Source of the DNA: Laetmonice hystrix
Lineage: Eukaryota
DNA length: 64,000 bases
Direction of reading: 5' to 3'
NCBI GenBank assembly: GCA_965235115.1
Contig: OZ249441.1
Coordinates: forward strand, 17,732,001 to 17,796,000
Part shown: positions 1-12,143 of the stretch, in pieces
Layout of the letters: each line of letters starts with the position of its first letter
Numbering within the stretch: position 1 is the stretch's first letter
Translations under genes and position numbers: made by a program
The notes under the pieces: model-generated
What the model was told of the DNA's origin: nothing
The model's database searches: none
The model's input: the letters and a program-made list of their open reading frames with translations, nothing else

Positions 1-600
1 TCCGAAATTATTTGCGACTTGGCGTGGCACCTGAAAAGTTTGTCCTGTGTTATAAGCAAATTTGTCAAACGGAAACGTCCAAAAAATGAATTTTCTTTTT
101 CAAACGGAAGAGGACCCGAGAAGCCATGAGTCAGTGAGCGGGGGGTGGGGGTGGGGTGGGGGTGTTATAAGACGACACCTCATACCCACCCCAACCCTTG
201 CCAGCCTCAGCCAGGCGACGTGCGCGTTATACCTTGATAGCATCCGCCGCCAGCCACACGACTGAACCCTAATTTCCCGCCACAAGTACTTGATGTAAAT
301 TGTCGGTGTCGAGTGCCATGAGTTGTTGAACAAAGAGGTGGGCGTCACCCACACCTCGCTTCCCTCTCCCCCAGCGGGGCCGGGGTGCGGGTCAGTTTCT
401 CTATGTGTTCTTATTGGATCCTGAGGTATCGGTAAAGATCTCAGGATCGACGGCCTCTCAAAACTGGTCCTTGTGGCAAAGGAAACGACCATTAGCGCCC
501 CCCCCCCCCCCGATAATGGGCGAGTGTGTCAATGACGTGTTGATGGAATTCTCGCCGACCTAGCGGTTTGCCCCGTGTATATCCTCGATACATTAGAGTA

Positions 601-796
601 AAGTGCTGAACCCACCAAGGCGATTCCCCTTGCGATATCACCCTTTTATTTTATTGTAATTTTGAGATTAAAGGATCGAACCCATTTCCTGAAACGGAGA
701 AGGCCAGCCAGGAAAAATTTCAGAGTGAAATTCCACCATTAAATCAAAAACCGCATGGCCGTCGCAAGGGGAATCGCCTTGGTGGGTTTAGCACTT
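601..796. mobile_element. MITE with ~34-bp TIRs and TA target-site duplication (Tc1/mariner-type, non-autonomous)
   Basis: Left end AAGTGCTGAACCCACCAAGGCGATTCCCCTTGCGA is the reverse complement of the right end with one mismatch. TA flanks both ends (599-600, 797-798). No ORF. Confidence 0.75.
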
Positions 797-816
797 TAAT
801 TAATGTGACAGGTAAC

Positions 817-2118
817 AAACACCCTGATCGGGGGTATAGTACATGATTGTGGTCAGTTCTACCATAGAACAAGTCCTTACCTTATGGTTCTACTGTTTCT
901 ACTAAACACCCTGATCGGGGGTATAGTACATGATTGTGGTCAGTTCTACCATAGAACAAGTCCTTACCTTATCGTTCTACTGTTTCTACTAAACACCCTG
1001 ATCGGGGGTATAGTACATGATTGTGGTCAGTTCTACCATAGATCAAGTCCTTACCTTATCGTTCTACTGTTCCTACTAAACACCCTGATCGGGGGTATAG
1101 TACATGATTGTGGTCAGTTCTACCATAGAACAAGTCCTTACCTTATCGTTCTACTGTTTCTACTAAACACCCTGATCGGGGGTATAGTACATGATTGTGG
1201 TCAGTTCTACCATAGATCAAGTCCTTACCTTATCGTTCTACTGTTTCTACTAAACACCCTGATCGGGGGTATGGTACATGATTGTGGTCAGTTCTACCAT
1301 AGAACAAGTCCTTACCTTATCGTTCTAGAGTTTCTACTAAACACCCTGATCGGGGGTATGGTACATGATTGTGGTCAGTTCTACCATAGATCAAGTCCTT
1401 ACCTTATCGTTCTACTGTTTCTACTAAACACCCTGATCGGGGGTATAGTACATGATTGTGGTCAGTTATACCATAGATCAAGTCCTTACCTTATCGTTCT
1501 ACTGTTTCTACTAAACACCCTGATCGGCGGTATAGTACATGATTGTGGTCAGTTCTACCATAGATCAAGTCCTTACCTTATCGTTCTACTGTTTCTACTA
1601 AACACCCTGATCGGGGGTATAGTACATGATTGTGGTCAGTTCTACCATAGAACAAGTCCTTACCTTATGGTTCTACTGTTTCTACTAAACACCCTGATCG
1701 GGGGTATAGTACATGATTGTGGTCAGTTCTACCATAGATCAAGTCCTTACCTTATTATCGTTCTACTGTTTCTACTAAACACCCTGATCGGGGGTATGGT
1801 ACATGATTGTGGTCAGTTCTACCATAGAACAAGTCCTTACCTTATGGTTCTACTGTTTCTACTAAACACCCTGATCGGGGGTATAGTACATGATTGTGGT
1901 CAGTTCTGCCATAGAACAAGTCCTTACCTTATGGTTCTACTGTTTCTACTAAACACCCTGATCGGGGGTATAGTACATGATTGTGGTCAGTTCTGCCATA
2001 GAACAAGTCCTTACCTTATGGTTCTACTGTTTCTACTAAACACCCTGATCGGGGGTATAGTACATGATTGTGGTCAGTTCTACCATAGAACAAGTCCTTA
2101 CCTTATGGTTCTACTGTT
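817..2118. repeat. Minisatellite, 87-bp unit, ~15 copies
   Basis: Unit start ACTAAACACC recurs at 901, 988 and onward. One copy has a 3-bp insertion. Internal hairpin GTTCTA-CCA-TAGAAC. Explains the 415-aa ORF at 884-2131. Confidence 0.97.
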
Positions 2119-2190
2119 CCAATGTTTCTGATCGTATTACGAGATAGTAATCAGATCTCTAATCACATGGTGAGGTTAGATTGGTTTCAG

Positions 2191-2313
2191 TGGGTAGAGA
2201 ATGCAGCACAGGGACGATATACCACTGGGGTACGGCAGAAAGAACGGGGATGCCCTGAGGACTGGTGGACCATTGGCCCATTTGAACAGATCCTGAATGA
2301 GGTCGATGTACAA
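2191..2313 (+). CDS. Candidate internal exon (gene A), WVENAAQGRYTTGVRQKERGCPEDWWTIGPFEQILNEVDVQ; product unknown
   Basis: TTGGTTTCAG acceptor and CAA|GTAAGA donor. 123 nt, open, phase 0-0, protein-like composition. Joins in phase to 4135. Confidence 0.6.
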
Positions 2314-2396
2314 GTAAGAAATTTCGCTCGCAGATTACGAACGATTGTAAAATTGTCATTGAGTAAACTGAGTAAAATGAGTGTGCTGTAGGAAAC

Positions 2397-2774
2397 GCGG
2401 CCTGAAAGATCTCATTTTATACCCTGTATGCTACTGAAGCGGCCTGAAAGATCTCATTTCATACCCTGTATGCTACTGAAGCGGCCTGAAAGATCTCATT
2501 TCATACCCTGTATGCTACTGAAGCGGCCTGAAAGATCTCATTTCATACCCTGTATGCTACTGAAGCGGCCTGAAAGATCTCATTTCATACTGTATGCTAC
2601 TGAAGCGGCCTGAAAGATCTCATTTCATACCCTGTATGCTACTGAAGCGGCCTGAAAGATCTCATTTCATACCCTGTATGCTACTGAAGCGGCCTGAAAG
2701 ATCTCATTTCATACCCTGTATGCTACTGAAGCGGCCTGAAAGATCTCATTTCATACTGTATGCTACTGAAGCGG
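2397..2774. repeat. Minisatellite, 42-bp unit, ~9 copies
   Basis: Unit GCGGCCTGAAAGATCTCATTTCATACCCTGTATGCTACTGAA. Two copies carry the same 2-bp deletion. Confidence 0.97.
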
Positions 2775-4134
2775 TTGAAGAGGTGCGGGTATTGGGTCCC
2801 AGATCAAAAGTCGGCCAGTTTTGGCGAGCGATGAGACAATTAGTTGGCTGACATCTCTATGAGTGACGACTTCCGTGGCCGTGCCTCCAGAGAGGTGCAC
2901 ACTCACGTCCGTGCCAGCCGCACACACACTCCCATTAACAATCTATAGACCTCCTTTGAACTTACAATTAAAGGTGGAATTAACTGTTTAGCGCCATTCC
3001 CGTGTTATTACACTCCACACAGCGTCCCCACGTTTTGAATAAATGAAAAAGTTTGTAATTCTGACCACGCCTCATAAGATTGTCTTTAATTGACTATATG
3101 TTCGTGTTCGCCAATCGGCTCTTCATAAAGCTGTGTAATTGCCCAACCATAATCGGTGTGGATTAGGAGAAGATTACAGACTGTGATAAAACCAATGAAG
3201 AAGTTGTTAATTGTCATCAGTCTCTGGGGGTCGGGGCATTGTCTGCCGTCAGTGTCGAGTGCGCCTTGCCTGTTGGTCACTGATAGACATCAATGGATTA
3301 TGTCATTGAGATACAGATGCGAAGTCTGAGACGGTTCCAATGAAACAGGTACCATAATCATCTTGTATGTCATTATATAGAATTATTACCACCAGTGCCC
3401 TAACAAAAAGATTGTGATCATGTGATCAGGCGATTCAAAGATAGGGAAATTTAAATCAAAGAGGGCCCAAAGAGCTAGTGGTAGCGTTGGTGAAAAGCCA
3501 TTCACCAGCCGAACAAAGAACGTGCTCAGGCAGACGGCCGCCGGTTTTGGCGCCAAATGTTGCGTCAATCGGAATAATATTCACGGCGCCTTAGCCGTTC
3601 AAGAGGCTCAACTGAAGTTTTTATAAACCGCTGAACAAACGAAAATCCTCACAACATCCCGGATTTAGCAGGCCAGACGATATTTTCCATATTTATGCGA
3701 GAGTTGCTGATTGTATAATTCGAGGTGGCATATAGTATCTACCTCCTTTAGTCACCGAATGAAACTGTCGGGATGTATTTCCGGCGGGAGGATGTTGTCC
3801 TGACGTCAGTCGTCTGCCGGCACGTGGTCATTACGTAACTGTCCTGTGTGCCATTGACGAATTTTACGGTTGAATATATCTATTTAAAATGTTAGGCACA
3901 GAACATAATACGGACAGACGGACACCTATAGGTGTCTCATATATAAGCTAAAAGCTCGCCTTTTTTCCTGCGGTATTTTCTTAGTGGATGAAGGGTTCCC
4001 CATGTTTGATAACTCAGGCCAGGACTATGGAGCACTGTCGGAACCACCACAGGGTAACGATGTTATTATATAAACCCAATATTCACTCGGTAATGAAATT
4101 GTTAGCAGGGATTGTGCAAGTGCCCATCTGGCAG

Positions 4135-4231
4135 AATCGCCGCCACATTGAAGGGAAGTATTTTTCCCTGCGGCAGACTCCCTTTGAAGGCTGCGACAAG
4201 CAGGAGACTATATATATGAGGAGGCATACCG
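4135..4231 (+). CDS. Candidate internal exon (gene A), NRRHIEGKYFSLRQTPFEGCDKQETIYMRRHT
   Basis: CCCATCTGGCAG acceptor and strong CCG|GTAAGT donor. 97 nt, phase 0-1, compatible with 2191-2313. Confidence 0.6.
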
Positions 4232-5105
4232 GTAAGTCACACACCATAGGGAGTGAAGAGTTTCCTGAGGGAACACTTGGGTTGTCCGGACTCTTGCAAT
4301 GAGAATATATTCATTTGTTATGTATGCCCCAAGTAACCCAAGAACCATATGAAGCCGGACATATATATGGTGGCATTGTTCGCATTGTTATAGGCAATGA
4401 CCTAACTCTGCCCTGGCGGAAATAAAACATTCTGGAACTGCAAAGACAACTTGCTCCGCCGACCCTCTGTCTTTCTTCCCTATGGTAATGCCCTGATGTA
4501 TTTCAAAGGTGGGGTATAACATCGCGTCTATTATACGGAGACAGATGTGCTTATTGCCTGCCGGTGCCTACATGCCGTGCCGGTTCCCATGCATTCCTCT
4601 ACCCAACCCTCCAGTGTGACGACCCCCCCCCCCCCCACACCAACCCCTGCCACACGTCTGGCCGTGCCAGGGTCACCGTGATGTGACGGAACAGGGTAAT
4701 TTATACCTAGTCATGCCGCTGGCTCGAACTTGATCCTCAGATATGTTGTAATGCTCCATTTTGTCCCGGTACTTATGTACAAGAATGTGCAGTCCTATGC
4801 AAACGGGCAAAGCTTGGCCTCCGTTGCAAATCTTTATTCATATTTTTTTCTCATTAAGAATTTATAGAACATTGTATCTGAAATAAAAGTGGTCAAAATT
4901 CACAATACTATAATAGTATGGTATAAAATAGGTGCATTTCAGTATTCAGATTAAATCAGCATAAAATCAGTTTCCATATACGACAATTTGAATGTAATAT
5001 TTGTTTCTGTTAAGGTTAGGTTACCGCTCCATATTGACAGTACCGCCATATGTAAGCAAACAAACAGTGCTTTGGATCCGTTCGCCCTGCAATGCTCGGT
5101 GACAG

Positions 5106-5388
5106 GCGACGAATTTGCATACATTGAAATATGTAGCCGCCTGCCCGGCGTGCGTCCGGAGCCCGGCGTGAGGACCTACCGCCGGGCCGCGGTCAGATCC
5201 CGAGCTGGAGAACGAGGAAGTGTGCCCTGGAGCAACGCACCTCAAAGTGGTGTCAATCTCGGCGTAACCGAGCGGCAGGAACCGCTCCATCCACGCGTGG
5301 TTAGAACCCGCCGGGAGAAGGGCACGGGAAAGGACCTCAGTCCTCGCACTGTCCGGGAGGTGGAGGTGGTAGACATTGTACTTGAACG
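5106..5388 (+). CDS. Candidate GC-rich exon (gene A), boundaries uncertain (DEFAYIEICSRLPGVRPEPG...REVEVVDIVLE)
   Basis: GC-rich island with one frame open throughout. GACAG acceptor and ACG|GTGGGG donor give phase 1-2, linking 4231 to 6235. Splice sites are weak and alternatives exist. Confidence 0.3.
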
Positions 5389-5427
5389 GTGGGGCTTGTT
5401 GTATACTGACTCGAGACAGGGTTTAAG

Positions 5428-5982
5428 TAAACCTTTATACTGACACGGGGCAGGTATGGAATAAACCTTTATACTGACATGAGCAGGTATAGAATAAACC
5501 TTTATACTGACATGGGGCAGGTATAGAATAAACCTTTATACTGACACGGGGCAGGTATGGAATAAACCTTTATACTGACACGGGGCAGGTATGGAATAAA
5601 CCTTTATATTGACACGGGGCAGGTATGGAATAAACCTTTATACTGACATGGGGCAGGTATGGAATAAACCTTTATACTGACACGGGGCAGGTATGGAATA
5701 AACCTTTATACTGACACCGGACGGGTATGGAATAAGCCTTTATATTGACACCAGGCAGGTATAGAATAAACCTTTATACTGACATGGGGCAGGTATGGAA
5801 TAAACCTTTATACTGACACGGGGCAGGTATGGAATAAACCTTTATACTGACACGGGGCAGGTATGGAATAAGCCTTTATATTGACACCAGGCAGGTATAG
5901 AATAAACCTTTATACTGACGCGGGGCAGGTATGGAAGCAACCTTTATACTGACACGGGGCAGGTATGGAATAAACCTTTATA
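5428..5982. repeat. Minisatellite, 34-bp unit, ~16 copies
   Basis: Unit AATAAACCTTTATACTGACACGGGGCAGGTATGG. Degenerate relatives lie just upstream and at ~6098-6115. Confidence 0.96.
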
Positions 5983-6234
5983 ATGAAACAGGTGAATGTA
6001 CGGATATGAAGCAATAACAAAACACTTATAAAATTGTATACAATATCGATGTGCAGGCAAAAGGCAGGTTATTACATTGTACTGATATGGGGCAGTAAAC
6101 ACAGAACAATGGTGAGAAAAAGGACTGTTAGGAGAAATATGTCAGTGGCGGGCAGCCGATGTAATCCTTTATTTGAAGAAGTTAAGCGACACAATAACTC
6201 CATGGCAGGAATGTTGAGCAGGGTTTTCGGACAG

Positions 6235-6373
6235 GCGGGTGATGAGAACGGAAAGTATTTATTCCCCACTGACCCCGGCGCCTGCCGTGTACTGGAGGCG
6301 CTGGGACCTGCTCCTCCACAGAGTGGGTCATGTCACACGGAAGCGAGTCTACTGGAGAGATCGGGAGTTCTAG
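6235..6373 (+). CDS. Candidate terminal coding exon (gene A), RVMRTESIYSPLTPAPAVYWRRWDLLLHRVGHVTRKRVYWRDREF*
   Basis: TTTTCGGACAG acceptor. This frame has 31/45 codons ending in G/C, against 23/46 in the alternative open frame. Ends in TAG at 6371-6373. Confidence 0.45.
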
Positions 6374-9300
6374 GTGGCGGGTGGGTGGATGGCGGGCAGA
6401 CGGGACAGACACAGCCACTGGAGGACAACCTGTGGCTGCCCGCCCTTGAGGAGGAGGAGGAGCAGGAGGGTGGGGTGTGAGCGGAAGGGCTGGGAAGATC
6501 GCTGGAAGCAGCCGTGTGTGTGGTGATTTACCCCCGCGTGTGTACCCCAAGCTGGGGGTGTGGGGGGTGAGGGGGTATATAGGAGGACGAGGGTGGATCA
6601 AGAATGTCCCTGCTGTTTTCCCATGGACCCGGTGACGCTCCCTGAACTGCTGATGACAGTTTTTATCACTTCCAGTCCGACCCACAACAGAGGCCTTTTT
6701 TATGGGTTCTTGGAGTAAAGACTCGTCAGTCTGACCTCTGCTTCTCGTCGCTCAGGGATTAATTGAACCCGGTTAACCATTGCATACACCTGGAGAATTC
6801 ACAGTCAGCAGCATTTTTATAACCTTGTCAAAAGTTCGTAAACTGAGCACTATGGAAACAAGAGTTCCTGATGAAATTATCAATGTCGCTGTGGTTAGAG
6901 TTCATGTGAGCCTCATGTCTGAGATGGGTGTATAGATCCTGCCCTGTACAACATTCCGTGGGCTTGTTAGGGTTAAGCAAACGGCAGGGAGAGGGGATCG
7001 CGACAACATAGAATATAAATGTCACATTACATATTTATTGCGTCTAAATCAGTCGTAGCATGACCGCGGGCGCCTGAATGCTATCAGGTTCCTGCTGTTA
7101 GAGGCTTACGGTGGCTTATTACTAGGCACCATGCCGACAATGGTCAAAGAGGAAGGGGGAGGAATGTCCTCCACTAGTGTATTATAGGGACCTCTCCTGT
7201 ACGTCTAGTGCCGACAATGTGGTGGTCTGCACCTGTTTGTAATGTGTGTGTCACTGGGTACAGCTAACAGCGAGGAATTCTTTAAATAACGTGTTTTATT
7301 GTCGTTCATAATTGACCAGGCGCATGGGAAGTTACGAAACGGGAATATCTGGCATAGCATGTCCTCAACACAAGTCAGAGACATAAGAATTTCTCGAAAT
7401 TAGAGAAGACGGGATCCCAGTAGTGTGTGGAAGAAACATGGCAGCCAATGATATAAAACCAATGTTAGAGTATTGGACTGAAGATCATTATTATAATTTA
7501 GTGTTGGGAATGAGGGTGAACCCCATTAAATATATACTTCTGTGAGGCATTGGTAGAGTTCGGTACGTTATAAGAAGAAGAGCTAGAATGGGAAGGAGAT
7601 TTCTGAACAATATTTTGATAGTGAGTAGATTTGATCTTTACGTTTGAAGGTTGTGTTTCAACCAAGCCCAGTGACTGTATGGGGACCAGACCGGACCCAT
7701 AATAAGAGATCACGTGACAAGATCCTATCGGGTCTCGGGTGGTTGTACCCCCACCCCCGGTCTACCGGCCCTGTGTGGTGTCTGGCCGGCCGTGCCCGCA
7801 CGTGCCTGGTATACAGGCGGAGTTCACACGGATCTCACCTCACGGCCCTATAAACCAGGCCAGGCCAGCCAGGAGCTGTCCACATTAGGCATTTCCTGTC
7901 TTTAACTCCCTCAATATTACCAAGAAGTACATTCCGAACTTGAAGCATCATTTCGATTGAGTTTTCCTAAACTTAAGGGGAAAAATATAAAATTTCATAA
8001 TGAGTAAGGACGCGCGAGTTGCGCGGGGCTGAAGGGTTAGCGGTGATCAATTGGTTACTGATGTCGGCTATGACCACCAGGTGGCCACCAAGACCGCCGG
8101 GACGGTCAAGGACCGGATGTAGGTAAGGGACGAGCCCTTCCGGTGCCCGGGGTTTCTCTTTTACTTCATCTTAAACATGTAAACATGTAGAAGACGGGTG
8201 AATTCTGGGGTGAGGAGGGGAGGGAGGGCACCCTTGGTGGCGGCTTGGCACACGCCCAGCAGACACGGGTGACAGTTGTCGGCCGGGGAGAGTCTCCATG
8301 GCTGACCTAACCCAGTTCCTATTGCCTTTCAACCCACTGGAACATCTTTGGCTTCCGCCCAGCACAGTGCGGGGGCGGTGGCCGTTAGGGCAGCGAGAAA
8401 CTCGATCATTCTGCACTTCAACAAAGGAAGGCCCGAATCTAGAATCAATAGAGGCATTCTGTATGATATAGCAAACAATTAGCGTTAATATTGGTCTTAT
8501 CATGTGCTATATTCAGAGGTTTAATATTGATTGGATTGAGAAAAGAACGTGTGGCAATTTCTTTCACGAGATGCGCTGCCACCAGGTAGGAAGAATTATA
8601 TTCCAGGGATTGCTACATCTTCTTGGTACCAGATATAACGAATGCGGAAGACAAAGATAGTGTGGATACAGCGGGAAGAAGACAAAGGCGAGCGACCTCT
8701 CCCACCGTGTGGGAGGAACAGGGGTATCGACTTGCCTGGCACACTTACAGTTGACATGGTTACCGCTGCTCTTTGACAGGAAACCGGGCCGTCGTCATGA
8801 CGTAGCAGACGACATTTTTACCGTGTGAGGAGTCGGTCGCCACTTGTGGCGGGAAAAGGTGATGTCTGGCGTCTGAAAAACTTCGCACGTGTAAAAAGAT
8901 TAAAAATAAAAATAAGTAAAATATTCGACGCTCCTGGTGAACTTCAACGAGATAAAAAAAAACCTTCAAACGTTTATGATTTATAGTAATGTCCTTCGAA
9001 CAATCTCCTTGGAGGTCGGTGCATATGAAGTTGATGGTACACGCGATGGATGAAACAAAGCACACTAGAATCTTAAAATCGTTTATATGAGGACGTGAAA
9101 TAAGAACTCGTCAGAGGTCTCATGTGTAGTTTGTTAATTTTACAACCTGCTGCATGGTGGATGGACGCCTGTTCTGGGTTAAGCCGACATTTTCATTTGA
9201 ATCCAGAAACGCCGAGGTGACATAAAATAGCAGGGATTTGGTAAGATCGTAGTTCTATCCTTGTTCTAACTTGGGATATCATTCGACTGAAATAACTCAG

Positions 9301-9572
9301 GATTATTATGTACGAGGTATTATTAAGTTTGGCTACGAGATTTAGGATGATACCACATCGCAAACCTCATTGCCTGTATACCCTTTTGGTCCCACAGTAA
9401 ATTAATTTAAATATTTAAATATGTGCATGTTTGGTAAGCGTTGGACTCCACGAAGACCTAAATGTGTGTGGGTTGGAGGTGTGTTCACATAGTTAAGTAA
9501 TGGATAGAAGACGCCTTGTCAGTTATATTGGGATTAACCAGGGCTCTCTCTATCCGCTTCCTTTTTGACCGT

Positions 9573-10845
9573 ACTTCCGCCATTAGGAACCCTTACAAAG
9601 GCGGAAACGTTGAGTTAATGTTGGCAACGCTCACTTTTGTCCTCCCTTTTCTTTTATTGGAAAACACACAGCACGTGGGGAGAAAGTCTCAGCTCCTGCA
9701 TGGTGGAGCCCCCCCCCCCCCCCCCCCGCCGGCGTGTCCCCAGGTCGGTGACGTAATGCCCACGTCGGTTCCCTAATGGCTTGCACGTTTGCGAATTGTC
9801 CCCAAGAACTCCCCACCGGGACCAGACAGCCTCATCAGGGAGAAAACATGTCAGGCGCGTGGATCGTAGAGTTTCACCGCAAACCACGTGTACCGCAACA
9901 GCCGAACCCATGTCGACCCGTTTCCGGCCACAAAAAGTACACTTTACTTCCGTGGTTTTTCCTCCGAATCTTTTTTTTTAATTTCTAGCCCCATCTTCAC
10001 ATCTCAAGATACTTCCGTTGTCAGGAACGGAAGGCGTTATCAAGAACACTATATCGCTGCTCTCCCCCGACTTTAAACGGCGTTGAATGGATCAATGCCA
10101 TAACGGTAATACACTCTTCAAATTGCTTTGGCTTATAACTTTGTTATGATTTCTGCTGATTTCTTCCTATGCTGATATCGTGCGGGTTGTAAAAGAATGA
10201 AGTTTATCGCTGAAACCCATGACGGCCGGGCCTCCATGAAGGCGATTTTCCTTGCGACTTCCATGCTATTTTGACACCAAGATCTGAAAGATTTCAGATT
10301 GAAATTCCACCATTAAATCAGAAATCGCATGGCCGTCGTAAGGGAAATCGCCTTACCCGTACAAGGGTATACTGAGGCCATTGGATGATCAACCTCTGTC
10401 TGATGTCTGATAGTCTGGTTTTAAGGCGCATTCAACAGAGTTGTATCGGAAAAATCAAGGCGGTTAGAATACGGTATACGTCATTGCACCCCCCCCCCCC
10501 TCGTAAATAAACCTTCAGAAGGGCCGTGTCAGCAGCCATGTTTTTAGACAACTCTAGACATGGCTGCCTTAACCACAACAATAGCCCGAAGCCTGCAATG
10601 ATTAGCTAGGCGACATTAAATACTGCCTTGAAATGGTATGTTGAGCCCGGTCGATCCGACCGGCATTCCTTAACGATAGAATGTCAAGGCTGGATTCTGT
10701 ACAACGGGTTTCTTCATTCCAAAAACTGAAGGAGTGGAAGAACAACCCTGGATGGTGTTTGACGGTCGGCGGGGTATCGTAGGGGACCTCCAGCAATAAC
10801 TAGATTATGGAACAGACGGAAACCGGCCAAGATTACGCCGGAAGT
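9573..10845. promoter_or_regulatory. Promoter-like region with clustered ETS-type motifs
   Basis: ACTTCCG at 9573, 9946 and 10011 and CCGGAAGT at 10838, in CpG-rich context. TSS not determinable. Confidence 0.3.
10239..10354. mobile_element. Shorter, diverged copy of the 601-796 MITE family
   Basis: AAGGCGATTTTCCTTGCGAC...GTCGTAAGGGAAATCGCCTT inverted ends. Shares the internal block GAAATTCCACCATTAAATCA-x-AAA-x-CGCATGGCCGTCG with the first copy. Confidence 0.7.
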
Positions 10846-11460
10846 GAAGTTGATGAAATCTTGTAAATGTCCAAGGAGGAAGTGTTCGAGCGGTTTTGAT
10901 CAACAGGTTGAAGGGTCCAGCCGCTATCCCCGGGCCATAGTCATACGGAGGTCTAATTGCGAGCAGGCGGTGACGGGGAGCTTCCCATGACCTGGTGGTT
11001 GACCCGTGTTTGGTCCAATCACCGCTGGTGGACGCGAGTGCAACCCTCCCCCGATAACCTATAGAGACTGGAATTGGGCCTCCACCAGCCAACAGGCATG
11101 CATGTCCGGGGAAAAAAATCTAGTCACATTTCTGGATATCTCCAAACGCTCAACTCTGTCTGCATTTGGAAAACAATTTTTAGAAACAGGGGTTGTTAGC
11201 AAGCAAGGCCCACTGAGTGGGGAACAGTCGGATGAACAGAGAATCACAGGGAAATCACAAGGGAAATCGCTTAAATTCAGTGAATCAAGGCTTTTATGAT
11301 GGTACTGGTAAATATGCCTCATAATGTGACTGCTCTCCGCCGTCCCTTGATTCCTTTGAATTGATGATATTACTGTATAATAATTTGTCCTTCCAAGATA
11401 GACCTGCACTGACACTGTGACTTCCTGGAGACTGTGAGCGTCCTACATGGGCTGATCTAC

Positions 11461-11526
11461 TCTCATCACGCCCCGTATTGAGGGATCAGTTTCTCTCATC
11501 ACGCCCCGTATTGAGGGATCAGTTTC
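11461..11526. repeat. Exact 33-bp tandem duplication (2 copies)
   Basis: TCTCATCACGCCCCGTATTGAGGGATCAGTTTC twice. Confidence 0.9.
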
Positions 11527-11545
11527 AGCAACAGGGGCCAGTTAC

Positions 11546-11772
11546 CATGTGCTGCTCCCTGTCACCAACGATGCTCTTTTATCCAACCCCAGCACTGACA
11601 TCCGGCACTGTTTTTCAGTGAGCCCCTCCAGCTCGAGTCGAGGTGGGTTGGTGGTTAGGCGGAGGTGGGTTGGGTGGGGGCTGGTCACGGTGGCCCCGTT
11701 GTTTCGCCGTCCTTCCTCCATAGCTGACCCCTGACCCCGGAAACCGAATCTCGCTTTATCTGCTCGCGACAT
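11546..11772 (-). CDS. Candidate exon (...MEEGRRNNGATVTSPHPTHLRLTTNPPRLELEGLTEKQCRMSVLGLDKRASLVTGSST), 5' boundary uncertain
   Basis: GC-rich open frame ending at an ATG|GTAACT donor on the minus strand. No recognised homology. Confidence 0.3.
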
Positions 11773-12143
11773 GCCACCATCGCACCAGAAATTAAGGCAT
11801 GATGATCACCTACCAATTGATCACAGCAGCGAGCGTCCTTGGGAACGGTGCCAGGGCATGTGAGTGCTTCCGTCTTCCCTCCCTCCCTGCCCTCCCGCGC
11901 TCCATTTACAGCTGGCTAGGCCATACGGAGACAAAAGGATGTCAGACCTGGGGTAAAATGATATACTTATAGTATGCGCTCTTGAAACCCATGCTGGACT
12001 CACTATACAAGCCATGTTAACGTATATGACTTCCATCCTGGGACCGCGACCATTGCAGGAATATATGATAGCCGGGGTGTTCATAAAGTTATCCAGAATA
12101 TTTATTGGTATAAGTGAATCACCCGGAATCATATAGGGATATA

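Noticed and set aside
884-2131. 415-aa ORF of 29-aa repeats
   Set aside because: It is only the 87-bp array read in a stop-free frame, with no unique domain or supporting splice structure.
3317-3348. AG/GT-bounded 32-nt micro-exon between the gene A exons
   Set aside because: In the required phase it contains an in-frame TGA.
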